From: an uncultured Bacteroidales bacterium
GTDB lineage: Bacteria > Bacteroidota > Bacteroidia > Bacteroidales > FEN-979
Direction of reading: 5' to 3'
Assembly (NCBI GenBank): GCA_903945175.1
Contig: CAJAUM010000115.1
Location: 975 to 64,974 of the forward strand
Length of the DNA stretch: 64,000 nucleotides
Shown here piece by piece: positions 19,429 through 28,007 of this stretch. The translations under genes were made by a program, and so were the position numbers. The notes under the pieces are model-generated. The model was not told where the DNA came from. It saw only the letters and a list, made by a program, of their open reading frames with translations, and searched no databases. Within the stretch, counting starts at the first letter, position 1; each line of letters begins with the position of its first letter.

Positions 19429-19470
19429 CGAATGACGAGTGACGAATGACGAGTGACGAATGACGAATGA
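19426..19470 (+). repeat. Heptamer tandem array (TGACGAA/TGACGAG x 6.4) at the atpB stop
   Basis: tgacgaa tgacgag tgacgaa tgacgag tgacgaa tgacgaa tga read directly. Confidence 0.95.
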
Positions 19471-19764
<294 letters not shown>

Positions 19765-19776
19765 CAGCAGCGACAG

Positions 19777-19815
19777 GTTCTTTACGGTTTAACGGTTGGT
19801 TATGCCGTAAAGAAC
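19777..19815 (+). promoter_or_regulatory. Perfect 11-bp stem-loop between atpE and atpF (candidate mRNA processing or stability element)
   Basis: gttctttacgg (19777-87) pairs with ccgtaaagaac (19805-15), with a 17-nt loop and no T-run. Confidence 0.4.
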
Positions 19816-19848
19816 ATTATCCATTCATCTACTACAAAAGAAATTGAT

Positions 19849-20343
19849 ATGGAATTAATCACTCCGGGGTTAGGCCTGGTTTTCTGGATGACACTGGCAT
19901 TTTTGCTCCTGGTGTATGTCCTTGGAAAATTTGCATGGAAACCCATCCTTCAGATGTTGAAGGAGCGTGAAACCTCTATCCATGAGGCCCTGAGTTCAGC
20001 CAGCAAGGCCAGGGAAGAGATGAAGCAATTGCAATTCAGCAATGAACAGCTGCTCCAGGAGGCAAAGAATGAGCGGGATGCCCTGATGAATGAAGCCCGT
20101 AAAGTCAGGGACAGGCTGATCGAAGAGGCACGCGTCAAGGCCACCGAAGAGGCATCGCGGATCGTTGAAGGAGCCAAGGCAAGCATTCAGAATGAGAAGA
20201 TGGCTGCCATAACGGAACTGAAAAATCAGATTGCCGAAAGTTCCCTTAACCTTGCCAAGTTCATTTTGAAACGAGAACTGTCTGATCCGAAAAAACAGGA
20301 AGAATACGTTCAGGAATTATTAAAAGAGGTTAAATTCAATTAG
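19849..20343 (+). CDS. atpF: F0F1 ATP synthase subunit b
   Basis: One N-terminal TM helix plus a long charged coiled coil. Position in the operon. Confidence 0.85.
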   Translation: MELITPGLGLVFWMTLAFLLLVYVLGKFAWKPILQMLKERETSIHEALSSASKAREEMKQLQFSNEQLLQEAKNERDALMNEARKVRDRLIEEARVKATEEASRIVEGAKASIQNEKMAAITELKNQIAESSLNLAKFILKRELSDPKKQEEYVQELLKEVKFN

Positions 20344-20348
20344 CTGAA

Positions 20349-20909
20349 ATGAACATTTCCCTGGTAGCGGAACGTTATGCCGCAGCACTGTTTGAGTTGG
20401 CCACCGAAAAGAACGCGGTGGAGGCGGTTTGTGCCGACAGCAAGCTGATTTCTCAGACATGCGAAAACAGCCGGGATCTAAGGTTGTTTTTGAAAAGTCC
20501 GATTATCAACTCGGGAAAAAAGCGGGCTGTTCTGAAGGATATTTTTGAGAAGGATATTCACCAGATCACGATGACCTACATGCTCATCATGGTTCGAAAA
20601 AAAAGGGAATCTCTTATACCGGAAATCGCGCTGCAGATCATTGAACTTTATTTGCAGTATAAGAATATCATGACAGTTCATTTCAAATCGCCGGTCCTGC
20701 CCGATCCGGATGTCAGGAAAAAGGTACTTGATCTGATGAAGAAGTATACCAAATCGGATATTGATCTGAAGGCAGAAATCGATGAATCGCTGATTGGCGG
20801 TTTTATACTCTCCTGGAAGGATAAGCAATATGACGCAAGCATCCGCAGGGAGATAGAGGAGATGCGCAATGCAATAGCAAAAGTAAATTTATATAAAAAA
20901 GGTTTTTAA
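20349..20909 (+). CDS. atpH: F0F1 ATP synthase subunit delta
   Basis: 186 aa with an [11 protein letters not shown] start typical of OSCP/delta. Position in the operon. Confidence 0.8.
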   Translation: MNISLVAERYAAALFELATEKNAVEAVCADSKLISQTCENSRDLRLFLKSPIINSGKKRAVLKDIFEKDIHQITMTYMLIMVRKKRESLIPEIALQIIELYLQYKNIMTVHFKSPVLPDPDVRKKVLDLMKKYTKSDIDLKAEIDESLIGGFILSWKDKQYDASIRREIEEMRNAIAKVNLYKKGF

Positions 20910-20920
20910 GATATCTTATT

Positions 20921-22510
20921 ATGGCAGAGATCAAACCCGCAGAAGTTACCGCGATTTTACGGAGGGAACTGGCCGGTTACCAAAGTGAAAAAGAACTTGA
21001 AGAGGTCGGCTCCGTATTGACGGTAGGTGATGGCATCGCCCGCATCTATGGTATGAACAATGTCGAAAGCGGTGAGCTGGTCGAATTCGAGAAAAACGGG
21101 CTGAAAGGCATTGTACTGAACCTGGAAGCTGACAACGTCGGAGTTGTTTTACTTGGCGATTACTTTGAAATCAAGGAGGGGGATATTGTAAAACGTACCC
21201 GACGTATTGCCTCCATTGAAGTGGGGGAAGGGTTACTTGGCCGGGTCATTGATACCCTGGGTGAGCCCATCGACGGGAAGGGAAAGATTGAAGGAGTGCG
21301 TTACGAGATGCCCCTGGAGCGTAAGGCTCCCGGTGTTATTTTCCGTCAGCCGGTAAACCAGCCTTTGCAAACCGGCATCAAGCCCATCGATGCCATGATC
21401 CCAATTGGCCGCGGTCAGCGGGAGCTGATCATTGGCGACCGCCAGACCGGGAAAACAGCCATTGCCATTGACACCATCATCAACCAAAAGGAATTTCACG
21501 CCCGTGGGGAAACGGTTTATTGCATTTATGTTGCAGTTGGCCAGAAGGGCTCAACGGTAGCCAATATTGTTAAAACCCTCGAAGAAAAAGGCGCCATGGC
21601 CTACACGGTTGTTGTATCCGCCACCGCCTCCGATCCTGCGGCCATGCAGTACTATGCTCCCTTTGCCGGAGCTGCCATCGGCGAATTTTTCAGGGATACG
21701 GGCCGACCGGCGCTGGTCATTTATGATGACTTGTCGAAACAGGCCGTTGCCTATCGCGAAGTCTCCCTGCTGCTCCGCCGTCCCCCCGGACGCGAAGCCT
21801 ACCCGGGTGACGTATTTTACCTCCACTCCCGGCTGCTCGAACGGGCTGCACGGGTGATTTCATCCGATGACATTGCCCGTCAGATGAATGACCTCCCGGC
21901 CAATCTGAAATCAATGGTCAAGGGCGGAGGGTCGCTTACCGCACTGCCGATCATCGAAACCCAGGCGGGTGACGTATCAGCCTATATTCCTACCAATGTG
22001 ATCTCCATTACCGATGGCCAGATCTTCCTTGAAACAAGCTTGTTCAATGCCGGAATCCGGCCTGCAATCAATGTGGGTATTTCGGTATCCCGGGTGGGTG
22101 GAAATGCGCAGATCAAGTCTATGAAAAAAATCGCCGGAACACTTAAACTCGACCAGGCTGAATACCGCGAGCTCGAAGCCTTTTCAAAGTTCGGTTCCGA
22201 TCTCGACGCCGCCACCAAGGCTGTGCTTGATAAAGGCGCCCGCAACGTGGAAATCCTCAAGCAGCCGCAGTACTCCCCGATGACGGTTGAAAAACAGATC
22301 GCCATCATTTTCTGCGGAACCCGTGGTTTGATCAAGAACGTTCCGGTTCGGAGTGTAGGTAATTTTGAGGTTGAATACCTGCATTTTATGGAGTTGAATC
22401 ACCAATCGGTATTGAATAACCTGAAGGCCGGCAAACTCCTGGATGAAGATCTGAAAACCATGGAAGAGGTTGCAAAAGAGTTGTCAAAAAAATACGAGGA
22501 AAAGAAATAA
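20921..22510 (+). CDS. atpA: F0F1 ATP synthase subunit alpha
   Basis: Walker A GDRQTGKT and highly conserved alpha-subunit sequence throughout. Confidence 0.97.
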   Translation: MAEIKPAEVTAILRRELAGYQSEKELEEVGSVLTVGDGIARIYGMNNVESGELVEFEKNGLKGIVLNLEADNVGVVLLGDYFEIKEGDIVKRTRRIASIEVGEGLLGRVIDTLGEPIDGKGKIEGVRYEMPLERKAPGVIFRQPVNQPLQTGIKPIDAMIPIGRGQRELIIGDRQTGKTAIAIDTIINQKEFHARGETVYCIYVAVGQKGSTVANIVKTLEEKGAMAYTVVVSATASDPAAMQYYAPFAGAAIGEFFRDTGRPALVIYDDLSKQAVAYREVSLLLRRPPGREAYPGDVFYLHSRLLERAARVISSDDIARQMNDLPANLKSMVKGGGSLTALPIIETQAGDVSAYIPTNVISITDGQIFLETSLFNAGIRPAINVGISVSRVGGNAQIKSMKKIAGTLKLDQAEYRELEAFSKFGSDLDAATKAVLDKGARNVEILKQPQYSPMTVEKQIAIIFCGTRGLIKNVPVRSVGNFEVEYLHFMELNHQSVLNNLKAGKLLDEDLKTMEEVAKELSKKYEEKK

Positions 22511-22519
22511 GACAGGTAA

Positions 22520-23410
22520 ATGGCCGGACTGAAGGAAGTACGTATTCGGATTGCATCGGTTAAATCAACCCAGCAGATCACCAATGCCATGAAGATGGTG
22601 GCGGCCTCCAAGTTGCGTAAGGCGCAGACGGCCATTATCAAATTGCGCCCCTATGCAGCCAAATTGAGGGATATTCTGCAAAACCTCAGCACATCCATCG
22701 ACAGTTCCGACGAAAACATATATTCACAGGAACGCAAAGCTGAAAAGGTGTTGCTGGTGGTGATTGCTTCAAACCGTGGTTTGTGCGGTGCCTTTAACTC
22801 CAACATCATCAAAATGGGGGTGAACCTCACTGCAACTACCTATCATCAGCAGTTCATCCAGAACAATGTCAGTTTTATCACCATCGGACGAAAAGCAACC
22901 GAGTTCTTCCGTAAGCGCAAATTCAATGTCATTGAATCGCATGATGATCTTTTTGATCAGCTTACCTTCGCCAATGCCTCTATTCTTGCCGAAAAACTGA
23001 TGAAGGGATTCGCCGCCAAGGAATATGACCGGATTGAACTGATTTATAATCAGTTCAAAAATGCTGCCGTGCAACGGTTGATCGTGGAACAATACCTCCC
23101 CATTGCCCCGGCCCAGGCGGCAGACCAGGTACCTGCGACCAAAGTGGAGTCGGATTACATTTTCGAACCGGATAAGGAGACCATTGTGCGTGAACTGATT
23201 CCGAAAACATTGCGTATTCAGCTGTTCAAAGCGGTCCTTGATTCATTTGCATCAGAACAGGGGGCCAGGATGACCGCCATGCAAAAGGCCACTGAAAACG
23301 CAAAAGATCTCCTGCGCGACCTCAACATCTCCTACAACAAAGCCCGTCAGAATGCCATCACCAATGCCATTCTTGAAATTGTTTCGGGGGCTGAAGCGCT
23401 GAAGGGATAA
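22520..23410 (+). CDS. atpG: F0F1 ATP synthase subunit gamma
   Basis: RIASVKSTQQITNAMKMVAASKLRKAQ N-terminus and ITNAILEIVSGAEAL C-terminus. Confidence 0.93.
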   Translation: MAGLKEVRIRIASVKSTQQITNAMKMVAASKLRKAQTAIIKLRPYAAKLRDILQNLSTSIDSSDENIYSQERKAEKVLLVVIASNRGLCGAFNSNIIKMGVNLTATTYHQQFIQNNVSFITIGRKATEFFRKRKFNVIESHDDLFDQLTFANASILAEKLMKGFAAKEYDRIELIYNQFKNAAVQRLIVEQYLPIAPAQAADQVPATKVESDYIFEPDKETIVRELIPKTLRIQLFKAVLDSFASEQGARMTAMQKATENAKDLLRDLNISYNKARQNAITNAILEIVSGAEALKG

Positions 23411-23425
23411 GTTCCCTTCAAACCG

Positions 23426-24037
23426 CTAATCCACAATTGCAATTCGCCTTACAACTATTCCCGCATCTGATTTCAGTCTCAGGAAGTAGTACCCTTTGGA
23501 GAAGTCAGACAGGTCGAATGTCATTTCAGCCGAACCATTGGTTAACTTGGCAGAAATGGTTTTTCCGCTGAGATCCATGAGGGAGATCTCGGCCTCCGTA
23601 TTCAAAGTATTTCCAAATGACAGCTTGAATACGCCCCTGGAGGGATTTGGGTAGACAACCATGCTGTTGTCTTTATGTTCACCAACCGCTGTGGCTAAAG
23701 TAGCAGTAAATGAACCAACCATACCCATCCCTGCATGCGGGGTGCAAACGTAATTGTAATCGCCGGCCAGCAGAACGCGATATTCATAGGAATGGTTTGC
23801 TGTACTGATATTAGCATCCCAACTGGAAGCACCGCCCGGGATCACCCCTGATGTTGTGGTATGACTCCCGTTATCCCATACCCAGCGTACAGTATCGCCA
23901 ACTGCTACATTCAGGGACGAAGGGGTAAAATAATAGTTTCCGGCATGTACGATGTGCTTAATGGCGTATGTGTCTGTATGATAACCTAGTGCCATTGCCA
24001 GAACATATATCAAGAAATAGGGTAGTTTTTTCATCAT
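23426..24037 (-). CDS. Secreted cupredoxin (plastocyanin/azurin-like type-1 copper) protein with a T9SS C-terminal sorting domain
   Basis: Signal peptide. Copper-ligand pattern H...CTPHAGMGM (C-x2-H-x4-M). C-terminal VVYPNPSRGVFKL...GYYFLRL is a Por/T9SS tail. Confidence 0.75.
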   Translation of the reverse strand: MMKKLPYFLIYVLAMALGYHTDTYAIKHIVHAGNYYFTPSSLNVAVGDTVRWVWDNGSHTTTSGVIPGGASSWDANISTANHSYEYRVLLAGDYNYVCTPHAGMGMVGSFTATLATAVGEHKDNSMVVYPNPSRGVFKLSFGNTLNTEAEISLMDLSGKTISAKLTNGSAEMTFDLSDFSKGYYFLRLKSDAGIVVRRIAIVD

Positions 24038-24078
24038 GTTTGATATTTAAATATTAAACGATTTAGACTAAATAAAAA

Positions 24079-24086
24079 CAAAAATA
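24079..24086 (-). promoter_or_regulatory. -7 promoter element (TATTTTTG on minus strand) for the cupredoxin gene
   Basis: TAnnTTTG match 41 nt upstream of the ATG at 24037. Confidence 0.35.
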
Positions 24087-24132
24087 CAACATATTGAATC
24101 ATAAGTCAAGAATTATTATCAGAAATATTCAT

Positions 24133-24140
24133 TAACTTTG
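24133..24140 (+). promoter_or_regulatory. -7 promoter element (TAACTTTG) for ferritin
   Basis: TAnnTTTG match 24 nt upstream of the ATG at 24164. Confidence 0.45.
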
Positions 24141-24163
24141 TATTTATTCAAATCAAATAACAT

Positions 24164-24703
24164 ATGATCACAAAGAACGTTGAAAAAGCGATAAACGAGC
24201 AGATCAAACGCGAAGAGCATTCTTCACGCATATACCTGTCAATGGCCTCATGGGCTGAACGGAATGGTTTTCCGGGTGCATCCAATTGGCTCTATGTACA
24301 AACGGAGGAGGAGCGCATCCATATGCTCAAACTGGTTCATTATCTCAACGACCGTGGCGGAGCGGCCGTCATTCCTGCGCTGGATGCGCCTGATGCAAAA
24401 TTCAAATCGTTGCCCGATGTATTTCAGCAGGTACTGAAACATGAGGAGTACATCTCTGCCTCGATCAATGAACTCTATGCCACCTGCACCAAGGAGAAGG
24501 ATTTCACCACGGCAAACTACCTGCAGTGGTATATTACCGAACAAATCGAAGAGGAGAGCACCGTGCGAAATATTCTCGACCAGATCAAACTGGCTGGCAG
24601 TGACAAAGGCGGTCAATTTATGATGGATAAGGAATTTGCAACCATGGCCATTGCCAAAAGAGCGGCCCTTGCCCTGAGCGGCGGCGCTACCGCAGTAATT
24701 TAG
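24164..24703 (+). CDS. ftnA: Ferritin (non-heme, Ftn-type)
   Basis: Ferroxidase-centre contexts: EEHSSRIYLSMASW, EEERIHMLKLV, EQIEEE. Confidence 0.88.
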   Translation: MITKNVEKAINEQIKREEHSSRIYLSMASWAERNGFPGASNWLYVQTEEERIHMLKLVHYLNDRGGAAVIPALDAPDAKFKSLPDVFQQVLKHEEYISASINELYATCTKEKDFTTANYLQWYITEQIEEESTVRNILDQIKLAGSDKGGQFMMDKEFATMAIAKRAALALSGGATAVI

Positions 24704-25241
24704 CGAGTTTGTTGTACCAGCTTCGCCCGTACTTACGGATCAATGCCCCTTCCAGGAACTGGTAAAGGGGTATTTTTTCATTATGGCCCTTTATCAAAGC
24801 ATTTTTACAGATGGGCCATTTGTGATAGTTGAGCAGGTCATTTACCGGGGTTGATTTAATCCGGATGGGGTAGAGGTGACAGGAGATGGGCTTGGCAAAT
24901 GGAATTAGCTTCTCCTGGAAGGCCTTTTCAATGGCGCAGCGGGCAATGCCGGCATCAAAATAGACAAAGGCACACTCCTTTCCGTGGATCAGCGGTGTGA
25001 CGAATTTTCCCTCGGCATCATAGTCGAACACGCCCAGCATCTCCACTTCGTTAATGCCTTCCTGAACCATGAAGGGCTTGATAGCATCAATAAAATCTTC
25101 GAGAAGCGAAATCTCCGCCTCATCCAGAGGCGCTCCTACATCACCCTCCACACAGCAGGCCCCTTTACATTTTGCCATGTCGCAGCAAAAAAAGAGCTCT
25201 TTTACTTCATCGGAAATCAGGGTGTTTTCTAAGTAAATCAT
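24687..25241 (-). CDS. DUF3109-family Cys-rich protein
   Basis: N-terminal FFCCDMAKCKGACCVEGDVGAPL cluster, characteristic of DUF3109. Confidence 0.6.
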   Translation of the reverse strand: MIYLENTLISDEVKELFFCCDMAKCKGACCVEGDVGAPLDEAEISLLEDFIDAIKPFMVQEGINEVEMLGVFDYDAEGKFVTPLIHGKECAFVYFDAGIARCAIEKAFQEKLIPFAKPISCHLYPIRIKSTPVNDLLNYHKWPICKNALIKGHNEKIPLYQFLEGALIRKYGRSWYNKLAKLLR

Positions 25242-25288
25242 GACTATTCAATTATAGAATGCAGATGGTGCCTGCTTTGCAGACATTT

Positions 25289-26347
25289 TTAGATTTTTGC
25301 GATCATTTGCCGTGATGGTTTATACCGTCGCCAGAATTTAAATCGTGTCAAGGATGTGAAATAAAAAAAATCCCGGATCCCGGGGATTCTCAGCAGATAA
25401 TGGTAGATGCGATAGGAGAGCACCATGACAGCGAAGGTAAGGATCCATCCGGTAAGGGTGACGCCCAGCTTCGCCCATCCATTGCCGGTAGGGATGGTGA
25501 CGAAATTACCCACCCATTGCCAGAACCAGACCATGATTCCCATATTGAGCAGGCACATGATGCCGATGATATAACCATGGGCTGTTTCGATGGCCCTTTT
25601 GGGACAGTTGTTCATGCAACGCATACAACTTTCGCAGCGGTACGACCAAAATGGGCGGGCATCCACTGTCAGAATGGCCTTGACAGGACAGTTGTCGATG
25701 CAAATGTCACATTTGTCGCAGGCACTGGTGGCGTAAAACGATTTGGCCAAAACAAAACGGCCGACGAAAAAATATCCAATGCTGATCGGAGAGATAAGCA
25801 GGTCCTGGATGATATCGCGGAAGGCCGTGTAGACCTTTTTTCCATCGAGGATTTTTGATGCAAATCTTATGGTGATGCCTTTACAATGGCTATAAATTGA
25901 TTCAACCACCTTTTCCTTCACTCCTGGATGAAAAGAGATCCAGTTTGAGGGCAGGTCGATGGAACGGAGCCCCACGATGCGATAGCCCTTCAGCAGCAGA
26001 ACCAGCGCTGAGAGCCAAAGTGCAATCCCGCTCAGTCCGGGAACAAACCACTTGGACAGTTTCAACCCGGCACGGGTATTCATCAGGAAGACGCTGTTTC
26101 CCTTAGACCGGGGAAAACGAAAAATAAAATACATCATGGCCGGGGGATAGTTGAATCCGTGGGTGGGAGATACAAACCCCACCAGGGAATGTGGTGGCGG
26201 TGGCTGTATTTTTTTCCGGTCGGTTTTCGCAATATCGATTGTTTCAGCAGGAATGTTTCGTTTCAGTGCCGTATCTGCAAACCACTGAACCACAGTGCGG
26301 GCATTGCCTGTACCAGAAAAGAAATAGATTTGAAGAGATAGTTCCAT
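25289..26347 (-). CDS. EFR1-type flavodoxin-like / 2x[4Fe-4S] ferredoxin fusion with membrane helices
   Basis: IYFFSGTGNA flavodoxin-like start. CDKCDICIDNCP and CESCMRCMNNCP clusters. Hydrophobic helices lie before and after the cluster domain. Confidence 0.65.
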   Translation of the reverse strand: MELSLQIYFFSGTGNARTVVQWFADTALKRNIPAETIDIAKTDRKKIQPPPPHSLVGFVSPTHGFNYPPAMMYFIFRFPRSKGNSVFLMNTRAGLKLSKWFVPGLSGIALWLSALVLLLKGYRIVGLRSIDLPSNWISFHPGVKEKVVESIYSHCKGITIRFASKILDGKKVYTAFRDIIQDLLISPISIGYFFVGRFVLAKSFYATSACDKCDICIDNCPVKAILTVDARPFWSYRCESCMRCMNNCPKRAIETAHGYIIGIMCLLNMGIMVWFWQWVGNFVTIPTGNGWAKLGVTLTGWILTFAVMVLSYRIYHYLLRIPGIRDFFYFTSLTRFKFWRRYKPSRQMIAKI

Positions 26348-26366
26348 GGTTGACGTTTTCGGCAGG

Positions 26367-27161
26367 TTATTTTCCTACAATGGCAACAATACGCAGCGGT
26401 GCCCCACTTCCCCCTTTGATCTTCATCGGAAGAGCTACGATATAAGCCCCTGTGGCCGGAACCTGCTCTAGGTTCGTCACATTTTCGTACATGGTAAGTC
26501 CCGCAGCACACAAAATCCGATGGGTCTGAAAATCCTTGGATTGTCCGTAATCAATGCTTGGTGTATCCAGGCCGATCGCTTTGATGTTGCGGTTTTCCAC
26601 CAGCCATCTGGCTGCTCCCGGATCCAGTCCCGGGAAATGCAATTCTGCCACCCCCTCTTCTCCTGTTTTCAGGGTCCCGGTATATTTCAGGTGATCCTCC
26701 CAGTATTTTCCAAAACCGGTGTTTAACAGGATGATTGCTCCGTGGGGGATTTTTCCATGCGCGCCTTCCCATTTTTCAAAATCTGCTACGGAAACCAGGT
26801 AGTCGCGGTTATCGGCAGCCTGCCTGGTCACATCCAGAACAACGCCCGGACCATGAAGTTGTTCAACTGGAACCTGGTGAATGAATTTCTGACCCTGTCC
26901 GAAATGAACCGGCGCATCGAAATGGGTTCCGCCATGCTCTTCAGCCGAAAATTTAAAGGATGAATAGAAGTAACCCTTTTCGGTTAGGCCATAAAAGACG
27001 GTATCATGCCTGTATGGCTCATCTTTGGGCCAGTATACCGTATTGGTATCGAAGTCGTGGGTAAGGTCGATCCATTTTGCGGAAGACAGTATCTCAGCCG
27101 GATCATCAGCGCTGCAGGAGACAAAAAAAGCCAGCGACAGAAATATAAATAAATTCTTCAT
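26367..27161 (-). CDS. Cyclase-family protein (kynurenine formamidase-like), exported or lipoprotein
   Basis: Signal peptide ending FFVSC. HGGTHFDAPVH metal-binding motif. Confidence 0.75.
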   Translation of the reverse strand: MKNLFIFLSLAFFVSCSADDPAEILSSAKWIDLTHDFDTNTVYWPKDEPYRHDTVFYGLTEKGYFYSSFKFSAEEHGGTHFDAPVHFGQGQKFIHQVPVEQLHGPGVVLDVTRQAADNRDYLVSVADFEKWEGAHGKIPHGAIILLNTGFGKYWEDHLKYTGTLKTGEEGVAELHFPGLDPGAARWLVENRNIKAIGLDTPSIDYGQSKDFQTHRILCAAGLTMYENVTNLEQVPATGAYIVALPMKIKGGSGAPLRIVAIVGK

Positions 27162-27219
27162 TTATTCTTGGAATGGTTGATCAAAGATAATGGTTTCAGG
27201 GAAATGAAAGAAAATAGAT

Positions 27220-27227
27220 TATCTTTG
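27220..27227 (+). promoter_or_regulatory. -7 promoter element (TATCTTTG) for the LytTR two-component operon
   Basis: TAnnTTTG match 19 nt upstream of the ATG at 27246. Confidence 0.4.
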
Positions 27228-27245
27228 AGTTAAAATGGGCGTATT

Positions 27246-28004
27246 ATGATTTCATGTATCATCATTGATGATGAAAAGAAGGCCAGGGAGACCTTTGAAA
27301 TGTCGGTTCAGCGGTATCTTTCGGATAAACTGAGTGTGGTAGCCATGGCTGACTCAGTGAAAGAGGGGGTGTATGCCATCCACAAAATGAGGCCCGATAT
27401 GGTGTTCCTCGACATTGAAATGCCTATCGAAAATGGATTTAAACTGTTTGATTATTTTGAAACCGTCTCTTTCGAGGTTGTGTTTCTTACCGCTTTTAAA
27501 AATTATGCCATCAACGCCATTCGCTTCTCAGCCTTTGATTACTTGCTAAAACCACTCGATCACAATGAACTGACAGAGGTTATATCCAGATTTGAAAAGA
27601 AGAAAAAGGATGCAAGCAATCAGATCAGGGTAAACGCCTTGTTAAGCAATATCAATATCGGGGCAGACATCAGCTCCAAGATTGCCCTTCCTACCGCCTC
27701 AGGATACCAGATGGAAAAGATCAATCATATTATCTATTGTGAGGCAGAGGAAAATTACACTAAAATATATACCGTGAAGGGAGATTCCTTTCTGGTTTCA
27801 CGCACGTTGAAAATAGTTGAAGAGATGCTTCCTCCTGAATATTTCTTTCGAATTCATAAGTCGTATCTTGTCAACATGAATTTTGTAAAAAACTACAACC
27901 GCACCGACGGGCACAAGATCCTTCTGGAGAATGGGGTGGAGCTGGAGATTGCCACCAGGAGGAATGAGGAGTTTGTCAAAGCGCTCACTAAAGCCAAGGA
28001 CTGA
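27246..28004 (+). CDS. LytR/AlgR-family response regulator (REC + LytTR)
   Basis: REC domain (IIIDDE..., FLDIEMP) and a C-terminal LytTR domain (FFRIHKSYLVN). Confidence 0.9.
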   Translation: MISCIIIDDEKKARETFEMSVQRYLSDKLSVVAMADSVKEGVYAIHKMRPDMVFLDIEMPIENGFKLFDYFETVSFEVVFLTAFKNYAINAIRFSAFDYLLKPLDHNELTEVISRFEKKKKDASNQIRVNALLSNINIGADISSKIALPTASGYQMEKINHIIYCEAEENYTKIYTVKGDSFLVSRTLKIVEEMLPPEYFFRIHKSYLVNMNFVKNYNRTDGHKILLENGVELEIATRRNEEFVKALTKAKD

Positions 28005-28007
28005 GTC

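Noticed and set aside
24110-24134. Possible Fur/PerR box upstream of ferritin (gaattattatcagaaatattcatt)
   Set aside because: It is AT-rich with only a loose resemblance to the Fur consensus, and I cannot support it without a position weight matrix for this lineage.
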